A DNA stretch of 64,000 nt from assembly GCF_006345805.1 (NCBI RefSeq), contig NC_043006.1, forward strand, positions 12,214,001 through 12,278,000, in the 5' to 3' direction. Source of the stretch: Octopus sinensis (lineage: Eukaryota). The notes below the pieces were generated by a model. That model had not been told where the DNA came from, made no database searches, and was given only the letters and a program-made list of their open reading frames with translations. Below are positions 38,031 through 51,311 of this stretch, piece by piece. Position numbers and translations under genes: made by a program. Position 1 is the stretch's first letter, and each line of letters opens with the position of its first letter.

Positions 38031-38845
38031 CGTGGTTTTGCGCATGTGTCTTAAAAGTAAACTATGATAGGGAATTCACTATTCGTAAGCAAATTTGTTG
38101 GTTGAATTTGTGAAATTTTCATGACTGCTGATATGATTATTTTACACCCAATTGTAGCAAAACCTAATCATTAATTGCATACACCTGTTCGATACCCATA
38201 TTTTCGACATAGTTGTGTTTCTGGATTTTGACACAAATCCATATATTGTAGAACGCACATATCTCCCCCTGACATAACGGTGACCGCTGAATTAGTATTA
38301 AACGGAAAATCAGATTTCAACATTAATGGTAGGGTCTCTCACTGAGTACACTAACATAGAGAGCAAAGTTGAGTATGTCCATACTATGCTAATTTGCTCT
38401 CTATATTTTATTGTTATATCTACCTGTATGTGTTACACAATGCCCGTAACAACGAACGTCAGATATTAACGATTTTCAAGTTGATATCGATGGATATGTA
38501 CTTCCGGTGCAGGTCGATGTAAACGGCTATAGATCATTAAATGTTTCATTATACTTTAGTATATTCTGTTGTTACAATCCATGTATATTCATACCTTGTA
38601 CATACGTATATATGTAAGGAAATTTGAAATTCAGGTTATCAGGTACAGAACATGTTTTCATCACATCAAAGCAAAATGCATCTTGCATCACCACTCAACA
38701 AGGATTGCAAACAATATCATAAATATTATTATATATCTGATCACATCTACTTCTATCTTGCTTTTATTTCTGACCACAGACACACAGACACACGCACATG
38801 TATGTATATGCATACAGATAAACATATGTATACATACATACATAT

Positions 38846-38894
<49 letters not shown>

Positions 38895-38909
38895 CTATCT
38901 ATCTATCTT

Positions 38910-38940
<31 letters not shown>

Positions 38941-38951
38941 TATCTATCTAT

Positions 38952-38988
<37 letters not shown>

Positions 38989-41139
38989 TATATACATATA
39001 TATATATATGTATGTGTGTATTTATATCTACGTATGTATGTATACATATATACATACATGCATACATTATTTATATGTTTGCGTGTTATGTATATGTATC
39101 TGCTCTTGTACATGTATGAGACCAAGTTTTCTTTGAAATATTCCAAGACATTATTGATTATTGCATTAAAAAAAAACCATTTTCTCCTTTATTATACAAT
39201 GTAGCCTGAAAGGTTTCAATAACTTTGAGAAAGAAATTAATATTGTCTCTTCAGCTCACACATTTCCCGTCCTGTATTCCATATTTTTCACCATCTCTGC
39301 TGCCTTGAAGCCTGTATTTGATTAATTAGAGTAGCGTTTCCTCTCTTCGAAAATATATGTCCGGTGATTAGTCGAAAACCAATCACGTTGTCTTGTGCAC
39401 CGGATTTATTTTCTATAAAGGCCCCAAGAGAGGAATTGGCAAGGTTTTAATCATATTTTTGCTTTACACTACGACAACGGTCAGTGGATAAAAGTTTTGC
39501 TTGCTTAATCGATGTTTGAATACTGTGTTGATTGAATTCTTTAGCAACAAGGTCGATATCATTCATCGAGTCATAGAAGGAAGAATTACAATATCAAATC
39601 TTGGAGAAAATTAATTTGTAGATGAATCACTCTTTGTATACAATTTTTTTTCTCTCTTTCGATTTTTTTTTGTTGTTGACGAAACGTTCGACCATTCTTG
39701 TTCTTATTTTAAATAGACTTAGATATTATTCTGACTTCAGAATTTAATATACATTTGTTTTTTATTTGCTTTTTATATTTAAATGTGATTATAGATGTGT
39801 TAAATGTGATTAGTATATTGTTGACTGGAAATGGAAAAGGGTTCCGTGAACCAATAGTCAATGTAATAAAGAATTGCGATAATGAATCAAGATTTATATT
39901 TTTTCTGGGCCATAGATGTTCTTTTTTTAACCAAATGAAAAAAAAAGAGTGATTTCTAGTTGACTGCTTCATAACTTTGTTTCCGCGAAAGAAATGTTTT
40001 AGATACATAATTCTATTAGTGAAAAAGTGAGAATATTCATGTATCCACCTATTGTAAAATTCGTCTTGGTTAAAGTAGATAAAGAATTATGTATATACTA
40101 TGTATTATGTCTAGAAAATATTCGATTCATACTTCATCAGTACATTCTATCTTGAAAGGATTGGTTGAATGGTTTTAAAAGTTAAAATGCACCGTGAGTA
40201 GGTTAGTGTGAGTTAGATAACGAATTTCTCTTGTTTAACTTTTATTCTCATTCCTTTTCTGAACTTTGTCTTATATGTTGTTGAGTATTACCCTTAGAGA
40301 GGTTATAGTTTTGAAGTCTGCTCCTCATACACCCCTAATAGTTAACTTATTCATAATGATTCAACGTCAGTAGTCCGTATACTTTAATGCTGTATAGAGA
40401 CGTGAGTGGAAGTAAAACACAAAAACATAAAATAGTAATTATCACCTTTAAACGAATCTAAGAACCACAGAAATCTCTTAAGAGCAGATAACTATTGTAG
40501 GATAGGAAAGAATAAGAGTATGGTACAACATTTGGCTGTGGACTAAATATTTACTATATGGCAGATACGAATACTTGTTACAAAGTTTAGTAGCAATTCT
40601 GTTACAAACATAATAAACTGTTTGCTACAATTTTGGATCGCTTAATCCGGAGCCGATTGGGATAAAAATTCTTTGGCTTTAAAAAAGGAGTTTGAAGCGG
40701 GTTTTAGAATGTTAAAACTATGGAGCGTTCAGGTGCAGCAGGGGCAGATCATTTAAGAGTTTCATGAACCGGAAGTTGAAGATGAAAAGGAACGAGAGAT
40801 ATGTAACATTGTTCTTACGATTTCCAAAGAACTGCATTATTTATAAGGCTGATCTTAGGATAACGTATGATATTCAATAAATACGAGTTCCAATCAAGTG
40901 CAGCATACATGACCATTGTATAAAGTTTTATACTGAAAGAGTACTTCTGGATTCAGTGAGGTGATTGACGTAGAAGTTAGTTGACAGAAAATCATAAATA
41001 GGAAAAAAAAGAAATATCATGGTTTGAATGTTTAGGATGATTCATCAATTCAATTGGAATTTAAGCCTTATTCATAGAATATATATCGTACGATATATTA
41101 TTATACATGCTGGTCTCTGAAACCTAATCCATACATGTG

Positions 41140-41201
<62 letters not shown>

Positions 41202-41532
41202 GTAATACTTAAATAATTTACTTTTATATCCTCTTTAAAATTTTCAAAAGTTTTTCTATAAATAGATGTTTGAAACCATAAAAAAAAAGCTAAAAGACAT
41301 TTTTCCATTAATGTAAATGAGATTAAAAAATGTTTTTAGCAGATTTAGGTCGAGTTTCGCAGAAATTTTATTGCGTGATAAATCAACAAATAAATTGGAA
41401 AAGCTGCTTAACTAATAAAGACGGTTGCTATAACAGTTGGACAGCAAAACCGAAAGTTATTAAAAGCTTTCATAATATTATTTGACTAAAAGTTTTCATA
41501 GCAACTTTGAAGTGATTTGAAATGACGGAACT

Positions 41533-42452
41533 AACAATTTCTGGTGAAAATACTGAAAAATCTGTTTAAAGAATATTCTAATATGCTGTTTAGAGTTGAG
41601 TTTGTTTTCCTCATTTTGGATAAAATATTTCTTGTGTTGACATTTGTAGAATTTAGAAAGACGTTATTAGTGTCCCAGACAAGCTGCTAGGATGTCAAAG
41701 TTTCGTATCTCTTCTGCTGTACCATTTGTGTTGATTCTTTTAGAGACACATGTACCTGAAATAACAATTTCTGGTGAAAATACTGAAAAATCTGTTTAAA
41801 GAATATTCTAATATGCTGTTTAGAGTTGAGTTTGTTTTCCTCATTTTGGATAAAATATTTCTTGTGTTGACATTTGTAGAATTTAGAAAGACGTTATTAG
41901 TGTCCCAGACAAGCAGCTAGGATGTCAAAGTTTCGTATCTCTTCTGCTGTACCATTTGTGTTGATTCTTTTAGAGACACATGTACCTGAAATAACAATTT
42001 CTGGTGAAAATACTGAAAAATCTGTTTAAAGAATATTCTAATGTGCTGTTTAGAGTTTAGTTTGTTTTCCTCATTTTGGATAAAATATTTCTTGTGTTGA
42101 CATTTGTAGAATTTAGAAAGACGTTATTAGTGTCCCAGACAAGCTGCTAGGATGTCAAAGTTTCGTATCTCTTCTGCTGTACCATTTGTGTTGATTCTTT
42201 TAGAGACACATGTACCTGAAATAACAATTTCTGGTGAAAATACTGAAAAATCTGTTTAAAGAATATTCTAATATGCTGTTTAGAGTTTAGTTTGTTTTCC
42301 TCATTTTGGATAAAATATTTCTTGTGTTGACATTTGTAGAATTTAGAAAGACGCTATTAGTGTCCCAGACAAGCAGCTAGGATGTCAAAGTTTCGTATCT
42401 CTTCTGCTGTACCATTTGTGTTGATTCTTTTAGAGACACATGTACCTGAAAT
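41533..42452. repeat. 4 x 230-bp tandem repeat
   Basis: The unit start AACAATTTCTGGTGAAAATAC occurs at 41533, 41763, 41993 and 42223. Confidence 0.95.
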
Positions 42453-43079
42453 GCACTGGTTCCCTAATTAAGGGATTTATCTGATAATCACTTAACGCTT
42501 AGAAAAGAAGTAATAAATACGGCCCTATACGTTCTTTTAATTCTGAATAAAGGATTAAATTTTCACGACGTGAAAACTCCCTACTTATGTGATCCATTTA
42601 AATACATTCAGAGAATTGATTCGAAATATCGGATAGTAAAACAAAGACAGTTTTTAAAGAAAAAGGCATTGAAGAATCGCTAAGCAATTGAAATGGAAGG
42701 GTATTCCCTCTTCTACATGACATGATTCGGGAAGAATAATAGAATTAACATTTAATTTCCTGTTGTGTGATATTTTATGTTTTTATTCATTTATAGTCTT
42801 AATGAATATCAGTTTTGATGTCTAATTTCCCTTCTGATAAAACAAATCTTTGATCGCATGAAAGTTCTTTTTTTTTCTCCTTTTTATGACTATCAAACGG
42901 AAAGCAATTCATTGACGCGCAATTCTTTACGAGATTCTTTAGCTAGAGTTATACAGCTTTATAAAAATTCGGGGGTAATAACAACTGTATCAGCGAGACT
43001 AAGGATTTTCATACTTTCTTTCCATAGGGAATCAATGTTTTGTAATTACAGACTGGGATTAATTGATTCGTTATATCAA

Positions 43080-43080
43080 T

Positions 43081-43123
<43 letters not shown>

Positions 43124-43184
43124 TAATAATAATAATGATGATGATAATAATAATAATGATAATAATAATGATAATAACAATAAT

Positions 43185-43220
<36 letters not shown>

Positions 43221-43339
43221 CATAATAATAATCATAATAATAATAATAATAATCATAATAATAATAATAATAATAATCATAATATTAATAATAATAGTAG
43301 TAGTGGTGTGTGGTGGTGGTGGTGGTGATGGTGGGGTGG

Positions 43340-43414
<75 letters not shown>

Positions 43415-43425
43415 AATAATAATAA
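43080..43425. repeat. (AAT)n/(GGT)n/(AGT)n microsatellite
   Basis: Direct reading. Confidence 0.95.
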
Positions 43426-43794
43426 TGTCTAAATAGAATTTACAACATTTTATATCTGTTTATTATATTTGCGTTTTATTTATGTCTGTATACAAATTGA
43501 ATATCTGATAAGGCTTTCAACACATTAACGTGTACACTTCTGAAAGAAACAGCCTAACAGATATATTCATTAAATATGATCAGGAGGTAATTTATGTCTG
43601 GGGAAAAAGCGTTGAATTGCCGCAATCGCTAAAGCATCGCGTTGTACATCTTGCAGTATTTGTAGAGGAATTTTTGAGTTCAAATCCAGCAGGTGTCAAC
43701 ATCTCCATTCAATAAGGGTCCATTTCAGGGTGTGAAGTTAGGAAATATGTTAGGGTGACGGAGAAGAAGTCTTGCGGAATCTATTTATCTATTT

Positions 43795-44265
43795 AAGCTG
43801 TGAATAAGTTCTGACTTCAACTATAGCCTCGGGCCTACCAAGGCTTTGCGAGTGGATTTCGTAGACGGAAACTGAAAGAAGCCCGTCGTATATTATATGC
43901 ATATATGTATATATATTTTTTCTCTCCTTCTTTCTTTCTGTGTTTCTTTTCTGTGTATCTTTCTGTTGAAGAGCGTAGGCTCGAAACGTAAAAGACTTGT
44001 TTTATTTATATTCCTGAGCGCCATACTAATACAATTGTTTGTTTGTATTCCACCTGCCTTTGTCTTTTGTTTATTTTCATAAAGCTTCCCGTTATATATG
44101 TGTGTGTGTATGTGTGTGTGTGTGTTTTTCCCCGCATAATAGCTTGACAACCGATGCTCGTGTGTTTACAAAAATAAGTGATGGATCCGATTCCCTCAAC
44201 TAAAACCTTTTAAAGTAGTGGTCTAGCATGTGTACAGCTAGCTGACTGAAAGAAATAAAAGAATG
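43795..44265 (+). mobile_element. SINE family C interrupted by a Penelope-like terminal fragment
   Basis: SINE centre at 43795-43890 and tail at 44130-44265; the insert at about 43915-44095 carries a hammerhead-like motif. Confidence 0.65.
43958..43995 (+). ncRNA. Minimal type I hammerhead ribozyme-like motif (A6U core variant)
   Basis: TCTTT-CTGTTGA-A-GAGC GTAG GCTC-GAAA-CGT-A-AAAGA: stem I of 5 bp, stem II of 4 bp, palindromic ACGT stem III and a GUA cleavage triplet. Confidence 0.55.
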
Positions 44266-44380
44266 AAATAATTACGAACAAACACGGTGGGTAGCTGCCC
44301 TTTTGGAAAACGTCTATCTGTGGCAAGATTGAAAAATTTGAGAGATGCGCTGTATGGAGCTAGAGCTGCGCCTTCTCAAT

Positions 44381-44426
<46 letters not shown>

Positions 44427-45232
44427 ACATACATACATACAGCCAGAACCAAGCACAGAACCGTAGATTGGGAAGCAAGCTTCTTGCCACACTGTCACGT
44501 CTTCGCCTATAGTGTTGTTTTTTTTTTGTCATTATTATTGCATATCAAAGTATTTAGTACTTATGTTTTGCAGTGAAACAATAAGAAATACTGAAATGGT
44601 TGATGATATCGCTTGGTCTTTCAGAACTACATTACCTTCTATCACAAGATATCATGTTTGTGCAGTTAGAGATTAAATGCTTAAAGGGAACAGAAATGTT
44701 TCTAAATATTTATAAAACTGATTAATACGTAATTATTGCATTAGTTCATTTAATTCATTTTCATTGAAAATCTGTGTAGTAGCAAGATGCTTTAAAAAAG
44801 CAGAAAGGAAATTAAAAAATACATTCAGAAAGGAAAAAAAAACATAACATTAAGGATGTTCTCAGGAAATTCTACAGTAATTCACTGAGCATTTCTTAAA
44901 GTTTATAAATATTTAAGAGACGCAAGCTATACAAACAAGAAGTTGCTTATTGATGTTTTAGAGTATAAATTTTTGAAAAGATTAGAGAAAGATTATGAAC
45001 TGAGAAGACTATGTAAGGCAACAGTCTCATTTATAATAACGTAGTTATTACCGTCGTAAAATACAAATGCGTAAATGAGATTTTTTGCTGTCTTTGCAAA
45101 TAGTAAATGTCCAATGATATCATTACATCGCGAATCTACGTTGATAACGATTTCGATTGTAAAGATTCAGTAAGTTATAGCAGCTAATTACGAAAATATG
45201 ATGATATTAAAATAAAGCTAATAAGTTGTTCT

Positions 45233-45445
45233 TTAATGCGGTGAGTTGGCAGAATGGTTAGCACGCAGGGGGAAAAGTGCTAAGGACCATTTCTTTACGT
45301 TCTGATTTGAAATTCTACCGAGGTTAAATTTGACTTTCATCATTTCAAGGTCGTTAAAATAAGTACCAGTTGAACAGTGGGGCGATGTAATCGACTCCTC
45401 TCCTAAAATTGCTGGCCTTGGACCAAAATTTGAAACCAATATTAA
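45233..45445 (+). mobile_element. SINE family N, tail type 3
   Basis: Head GGTGAGTTGGCAGAATGG; tail GGCCTTGGACCAAAATTTGAAACCAATATT. Confidence 0.7.
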
Positions 45446-46429
45446 ATTATTCTTTTTCTTTTATTATGCGTTTTGAATTAAGTCTGTATTATAGGGAAAG
45501 TACCAATGAAGCACTCGAGGCGGATCTACTATCCTCCTCTTTCTTTCTTGTCAGACTCGGCGATGTCTCGCCATTAAAAAGCGTGCTTATGAATTAATAT
45601 GTAGGTAGCAGCGTACATAATAATATGAAAAATGTAACAAAAAAAAAAAGGATCACAGGTATCAGGAAGTTATCATTTACGTACTAAATGAGGGTGTATG
45701 TATGCATAGCCCCGAAATGCTTTGAAACGGTGGGTCCTCAAGAAAGACCGGATGTGATTCTCGAAATCTGTCTACCAAAGGGAAATAACATTATTGCGGT
45801 AAAAAATAATAAAAAGAATATAATTTGAAATGAGAAATAAGTTAACTTTTATTTGATATTTCGGAAATATCATTTTTATCTCTCGCTTTTTTTTTTTTTG
45901 GAGGGAGGGCGAATAAACAACACGCACTATATATTCGTTATTCTCTTCAGGTTTTTTTATTGTTCCTATTTTTTATTGTTCCTATTGTTCCTATTGTATT
46001 TTGTTTGAAGATCTTGTAAGAACAATGATAAATCTTGTTAAAGAACGAATATATAGTGCGTGTGTTTATTTGGCAACAAAAAAACTAAAACGTAAAAAAT
46101 GGCAACAAGAAAAAAAAAAGGAAAACGACCATTCCGAAATATAACAGTATCTGTTCCAAAACACGATTTTACATCAGAAATCTTACAAAACAAATTCATC
46201 AACGTAACTTAACTTTTAGATTGCTAAATTTCTTTCTCCCTCTCTCTATATATAGAATTACTAATCCTTCTCTCTCTCTTCATCCCCCTCTTTCTCTCTT
46301 GATATGGCTTGTAATTGCTTTCATTTACTTTAAAACTTCCTCACTGTAATATTTGCTTCCAATTTGTGATAGAGTGCTGTTACGTAGAAAATTCTAACTT
46401 TCAAAACCCGTTTTCTGGGTTTTCTGATT

Positions 46430-46836
46430 GAATGCATCAAGCAGATAATACGAACAAAAGAGCATCGGCTCACAAATTCATTCGACGAGGTCTCATTTCA
46501 ATTCAATCAATTTCAATTTCCAGTGAGTTTTAGTTTTGCCACAATCATCAACAAATCTCAAAAGCAAATATTTTCTGTTGCCAGTTTTACACCACGAAGA
46601 GACTTGCTACGCCCATGGTCAGTTTTACGCTGGATACTCGACAGTAGGAAGTAAGAAAAACCTTTACGTCTATGCACCAAATGGAAAAACGAAAACTCGC
46701 CAAGCTGCCTCCAAATAATGCAAAATTCCGTCCTGACCAAGACTTGCATTCGTCAGGGATGACATGCTATGAGAGACGTTGGTATAAAGGCATTCTATTG
46801 TAATCATTGTCTGGCAACGGCGGGTTACTCCGCTGT
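46430..46836 (+). mobile_element. Helitron RepHel helicase C-terminal fossil and probable 3' end
   Basis: QFPVSFSFATIINKSQKQ...ETCYAHGQFYAGYSTVGSKKNLYVYAPNGKTK matches PIF1-family motifs V/VI (FAMTINKSQGQ...HGQLYV..SRV). A degenerate GCAACGGCGGGT hairpin lies at about 46814. Confidence 0.8.
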
Positions 46837-47139
46837 GTGTGCGTGCGTACATGTGTGTATACGTATGCGTCGCGTGTGTGCGCATGCGTACGTGTGTGTG
46901 TGTATGTGTGTATTTGTGTGCGCATGTATAGCTAATATGCTAGATAGATAGACAGACAGACACATATGCACATAGATACAGATTCTTTTAGTCATATTTT
47001 ATTTTAGTCAAATGGTGCACGTGAAAATGGTTTTCCCGCCAAAGGAAAAAAAAATCATAAAAACATTGCGGATAAGTAATGACTCATCCTTGTATCCCTC
47101 TCTCCCTCTCCCCTCCCACTCTCTCTCTCTCTCTCCCTC

Positions 47140-47171
<32 letters not shown>

Positions 47172-47891
47172 CCTCTCTTTCTCTGTATATAAATGTGCGT
47201 GAGTCCTTGTATGAGCGTATGCATGCGAATACGTAGAGGTATCTATATGTATGTACTTATTGATGGGTGAAATATATTAGGTAATTGTCAGCTATCATTA
47301 TTGCGTTAGATAAATAGTGATTTATTGATTAACTGATTGATTTCTTTGTTGTTATGAAGCAAGAGATGGAAAGAGAGAGAGGGGGGAAGAGAGGAGAAAG
47401 AAAGAGGGCGATAATAATATACAATATATAATAGTATACTTTTATGATGGTGCAATAACTGTTTGTGATATTAAATGGTATATAAATATGAGGTGAAAAT
47501 ATCTACCAAATATAATTAACAACCTATTTATTGTTTTTTTTTTACGTGGCCAGCAAAATTATACTTAAATGGAATATTATATAGGAAAATTCTATTTAGT
47601 TCTATGTTTTATAAAATAAAACGTTGAATATTTGCTTGCTTAAAAAACGTCAGCCATTTGCATTAGTGTTTATGAATAAACGGTGATTATCTCTCTATAA
47701 TAGTAACCGAATGTTGGTTGCCTGGTTGGTTGGGTGTCTAGTCAAAATTTACATCGCACATAGGAAAAGAGTAAGGAATATAGATATGAGGAGAGAGTTA
47801 ATAGAAGAGGTGCAGAGTAAAGGAATATACTAGGCCTTGTTGGGGGCGATGGGTAGGGGAACACACCACATACAATGAGAGAGAATTATAT

Positions 47892-48077
47892 TAACAGAGT
47901 GGAGAGAAAAGGAGTAGGAGAGGGCCTATACACACACGTACATATATATATATAACAGAGTGGGGGGAAAGGAGTACGACAGGTTCTATACACACATGTA
48001 CATATATATATATAACAGAGTGGGGGGGGGAAAGGAGTACGAGAGGTTCTATACACACATGTACATATATATATATA
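47892..48077. repeat. 3 x about 60-bp tandem repeat
   Basis: TAACAGAGTGG...GGAGTA...CTATACACAC..GTACATATATA at 47892, 47953 and 48013. Confidence 0.85.
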
Positions 48078-48575
48078 CTAGCAGTATCGCCCGGCGTTGC
48101 TCGGGTTTGTAAGGGAAATAACTATATAAGCATTTTTAGAGAGTTACTTCCCTTATAGATGCCAATTCGGGCTTTCTTAGCCATTTCTGTTTTGGTGTCT
48201 TCAAGCCATGAAGTCGTTGTTCTAAAAGAACGCCGGTCTCCTTGACAACGCTTTACGACGTTGATTTAATTACACTCCCTTCCCCACAGCTTCACGAGGG
48301 AGGGAAGAAGGGGGAGAAGCAAACAGGTGCAGGTGTGACCATGGACGCCAACTCCGCCGCCATCGACACACGAAAATTTATGCATTAAAATGGAATAAAA
48401 AATGATGTTAAATTATTTTTAAAATCGTAGAATCATCGTAGACGCGCGCTAATAGCCAGACGGGCTCGATATGAATCACGACTATAAGATACCTGAATTT
48501 GGTTAAACTGCACCGCAAAATGTGGGAGGAGTTAGGAATCTAAATCGAAGGGGACAGACACTCCACACAGCTACA

Positions 48576-48590
<15 letters not shown>
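48078..48590 (-). mobile_element. Non-autonomous Helitron, copy A
   Basis: The minus strand ends CCCGAGCAACGCCGGG-CGATACTG-CTAG then T (hairpin plus CTAG); the 5' end merges into (TA)n. Confidence 0.75.
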
Positions 48591-48664
<74 letters not shown>

Positions 48665-49292
48665 TGCGTGTGTTAATGTGTGGAAATATGTTCGTTTCAG
48701 GGTGACACAGTAGCATACACACGCACACACACACACACACACATACACATACATATATATATATATGTGTGTGTGTACGGAGAGAAAGAAGGAGGGAGAG
48801 AGAGTGAGAGAGAAGGAGAGAGTGATGAGGTTGAGTGAATGTGAACTTCCAAAGTAAAAAAAAAACCTTATCACGGACAGTAATTTCCTATTCATTTTTT
48901 TTTTTCGACATGTATACTGGTTTATTTAATCTTATTTTAAAGCTATAAATATTTTTCCCTTCGATATTCGTGTTCATTTCATGATTTTCTCTAACTAATG
49001 AAAAAATATTATAATTAATGTATGTGTAACATGTTTCCTGTATATTTCCCACGTTGCTCGTTAAATGACGAGTAACACCCCACGATAAAATAAGCCACCT
49101 GATGTCAATCACATTTAACTCCCTTTATTACAGTTTTATCATTTGATAGAAATTTCCTCGAATGTACAAACGAAAATTCCAACAGACTATATCAATATAT
49201 TTACGCCTTATCTCTTTGCTTCAGTCCCAATACCCGCTGTGGAAATTTCAAACTCGAGAACTTAAGAAGTGTCAGCAATATATATATATGTA

Positions 49293-49680
49293 CTAGCAGT
49301 ATCACCCGGCGTTGCTCGGGTTTGTTTCGACCCTTTAAAATTGGAATTTTTGAAAAGTAAATAGTTTGCCTATTGTAGCTTGTTATTCTCTTTAAGTGAA
49401 CATTTTTCTGGTTGAAATACACCGAAAATGGCGACACAGCAGTCAAACAATCGTAAAAAATAGGGATTTTCATAGAAAAAAAGCACCTTTTTGATGTAAA
49501 TAATTTTTGGTGTTAACATGGTCCGATTTGAATTTTTTCTTCTACGGAAGGAAGAGCAAGCCTTCTATCATACTCTCAATTTTGGTCAACTTGCGGCGCA
49601 GGGTCTCGGAGGAAATAGTGTTAGTTGAAGGCCACCAAACCTGCCATACACAGACAACTTCAGCTTTATATATAGGTAGA
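49293..49680 (-). mobile_element. Non-autonomous Helitron, copy B
   Basis: Canonical termini A/TC at the 5' end and hairpin-CTAG/T at the 3' end. Shares about 30 terminal bp with copy A but has a different interior. Confidence 0.85.
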
Positions 49681-49704
49681 TATATAAAGACAAAAATTAA
49701 AAGC

Positions 49705-49769
<65 letters not shown>

Positions 49770-50859
49770 TGGCTGAAACTGCTAATATCATCCCTACTAC
49801 CATGTTAGCCTGAATGTGATGTAGTATCATTTATTTGTGCTTTAGTATTGTTGTACATTTTTACCATATAAAACGCTGTAATACGGAAAATATTTCCCGG
49901 AATGTGTGGCTGGTTCGTGTCTAAACGTAAGACCTTTGACTTCAATACTCATAGATAACCGTGGTAATCTAATGAAACTCTATTGAAATTGAACAGATGG
50001 CAAGTAACTCCGCAAATAATTCGGTAACAAATAAAACCATGTTTCTCTTCCACGAAATAAAACTGTGTTTCTCTAGCATATACACATTTTTAAAAAAAAA
50101 TGTTATTAATGGAAATAATTCCATAAACGCTATGGTGCTACCGTGTCAAGTGTACTTGTACAAATTTAATTATAATTTTTTTTTTTATAATTATATTCGT
50201 GTACACTTTAGAGATCTTCAGCTCTGTAGCTGGGTTGAACAACAGTTGTGGAATAATGGCTGGATTGAACAACAGTTGGGAATAGTGGTGGATCTCCGTC
50301 GTTAGACGATGAGGCTTCAGTCGTTAGAACAAGAGAAATACCTACTCCCTGAATTAGTTTATAAATGACTAACTATTGTACAGACTCGTGAAAATTTAAT
50401 GTAAATCTCTGGCGAAATCGGCATTACTCAGTGAGTGTCATAAAGCTATGGCTTTCGAATTACAGGTACAATCCACTCACTGGCTTCTTTTTAGTTTCCC
50501 TCAACGCAATTTCACTGAAAATTTTATGTTCGAACATAGACTATAGAAAAATGATATTTTCACAACATGCCACAGATTGGGAACGAACCCGAGCTCTCGC
50601 TGTTGCAAAGTGGGCTTCTTAATCATTCAACCATCCTAAGCCTGTTTAGGAACAATAGCACATTACAAAGAAAGAACTTAATTCTAATGAACTTTTAACA
50701 AAGACAAAGCAAGAAAGACTCAAAACTTCAAAATTAATAATCTAGGGAATCGATAAAGTGTACTAAAATGTATAGGATTTGCAGGAAAGATGTTCATGAT
50801 ATACAGCGGGTCATGGGTTGTAACTCTAGTAGGTTGATTATATTAAAATAGGAAAATTG

Positions 50860-50970
50860 ATCTAGTCAGTTCGTTTACTTTGGCCACCAACATCAGTAAG
50901 TATGTCAACAATGGCTGGTTAAGGAAGGCAGGTACTGGCTGGCGAAACTCCAGTCAGAGTGCAAATATCC
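50860..50970 (+). mobile_element. Possible RTE-clade RT fragment
   Basis: [21 protein letters not shown] resembles F.YLGS.IS...DV.IRIGKA. Confidence 0.3.
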
Positions 50971-51009
50971 AACATATTTAGTCGATCCTTCTTTTCTTTC
51001 CACAAAAAC

Positions 51010-51076
<67 letters not shown>

Positions 51077-51097
51077 CCTCTTTCTCCCAATCTCTCT

Positions 51098-51161
<64 letters not shown>

Positions 51162-51256
51162 ACGCATACATACACACATACATACACACACATACATATA
51201 AATATATATATATATATATATACATACATACATATATACATACATATATATATACA

Positions 51257-51311
<55 letters not shown>

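Noticed and set aside
38478-38515. Cytochrome P450-like IDGYVLP
   Set aside because: An in-frame stop lies shortly upstream and there is no EXXR or KGT context.
39360-39425. Promoter (CCAAT at about 39378, TATAAA at about 39414)
   Set aside because: Both motifs are common by chance in AT-rich DNA, and no downstream exon is supported.
41533-42452. Tandemly duplicated exons in the 230-bp array
   Set aside because: An acceptor-like TTATTTCAG exists on the minus strand, but there is no good donor, and the frames I translated hit stops.
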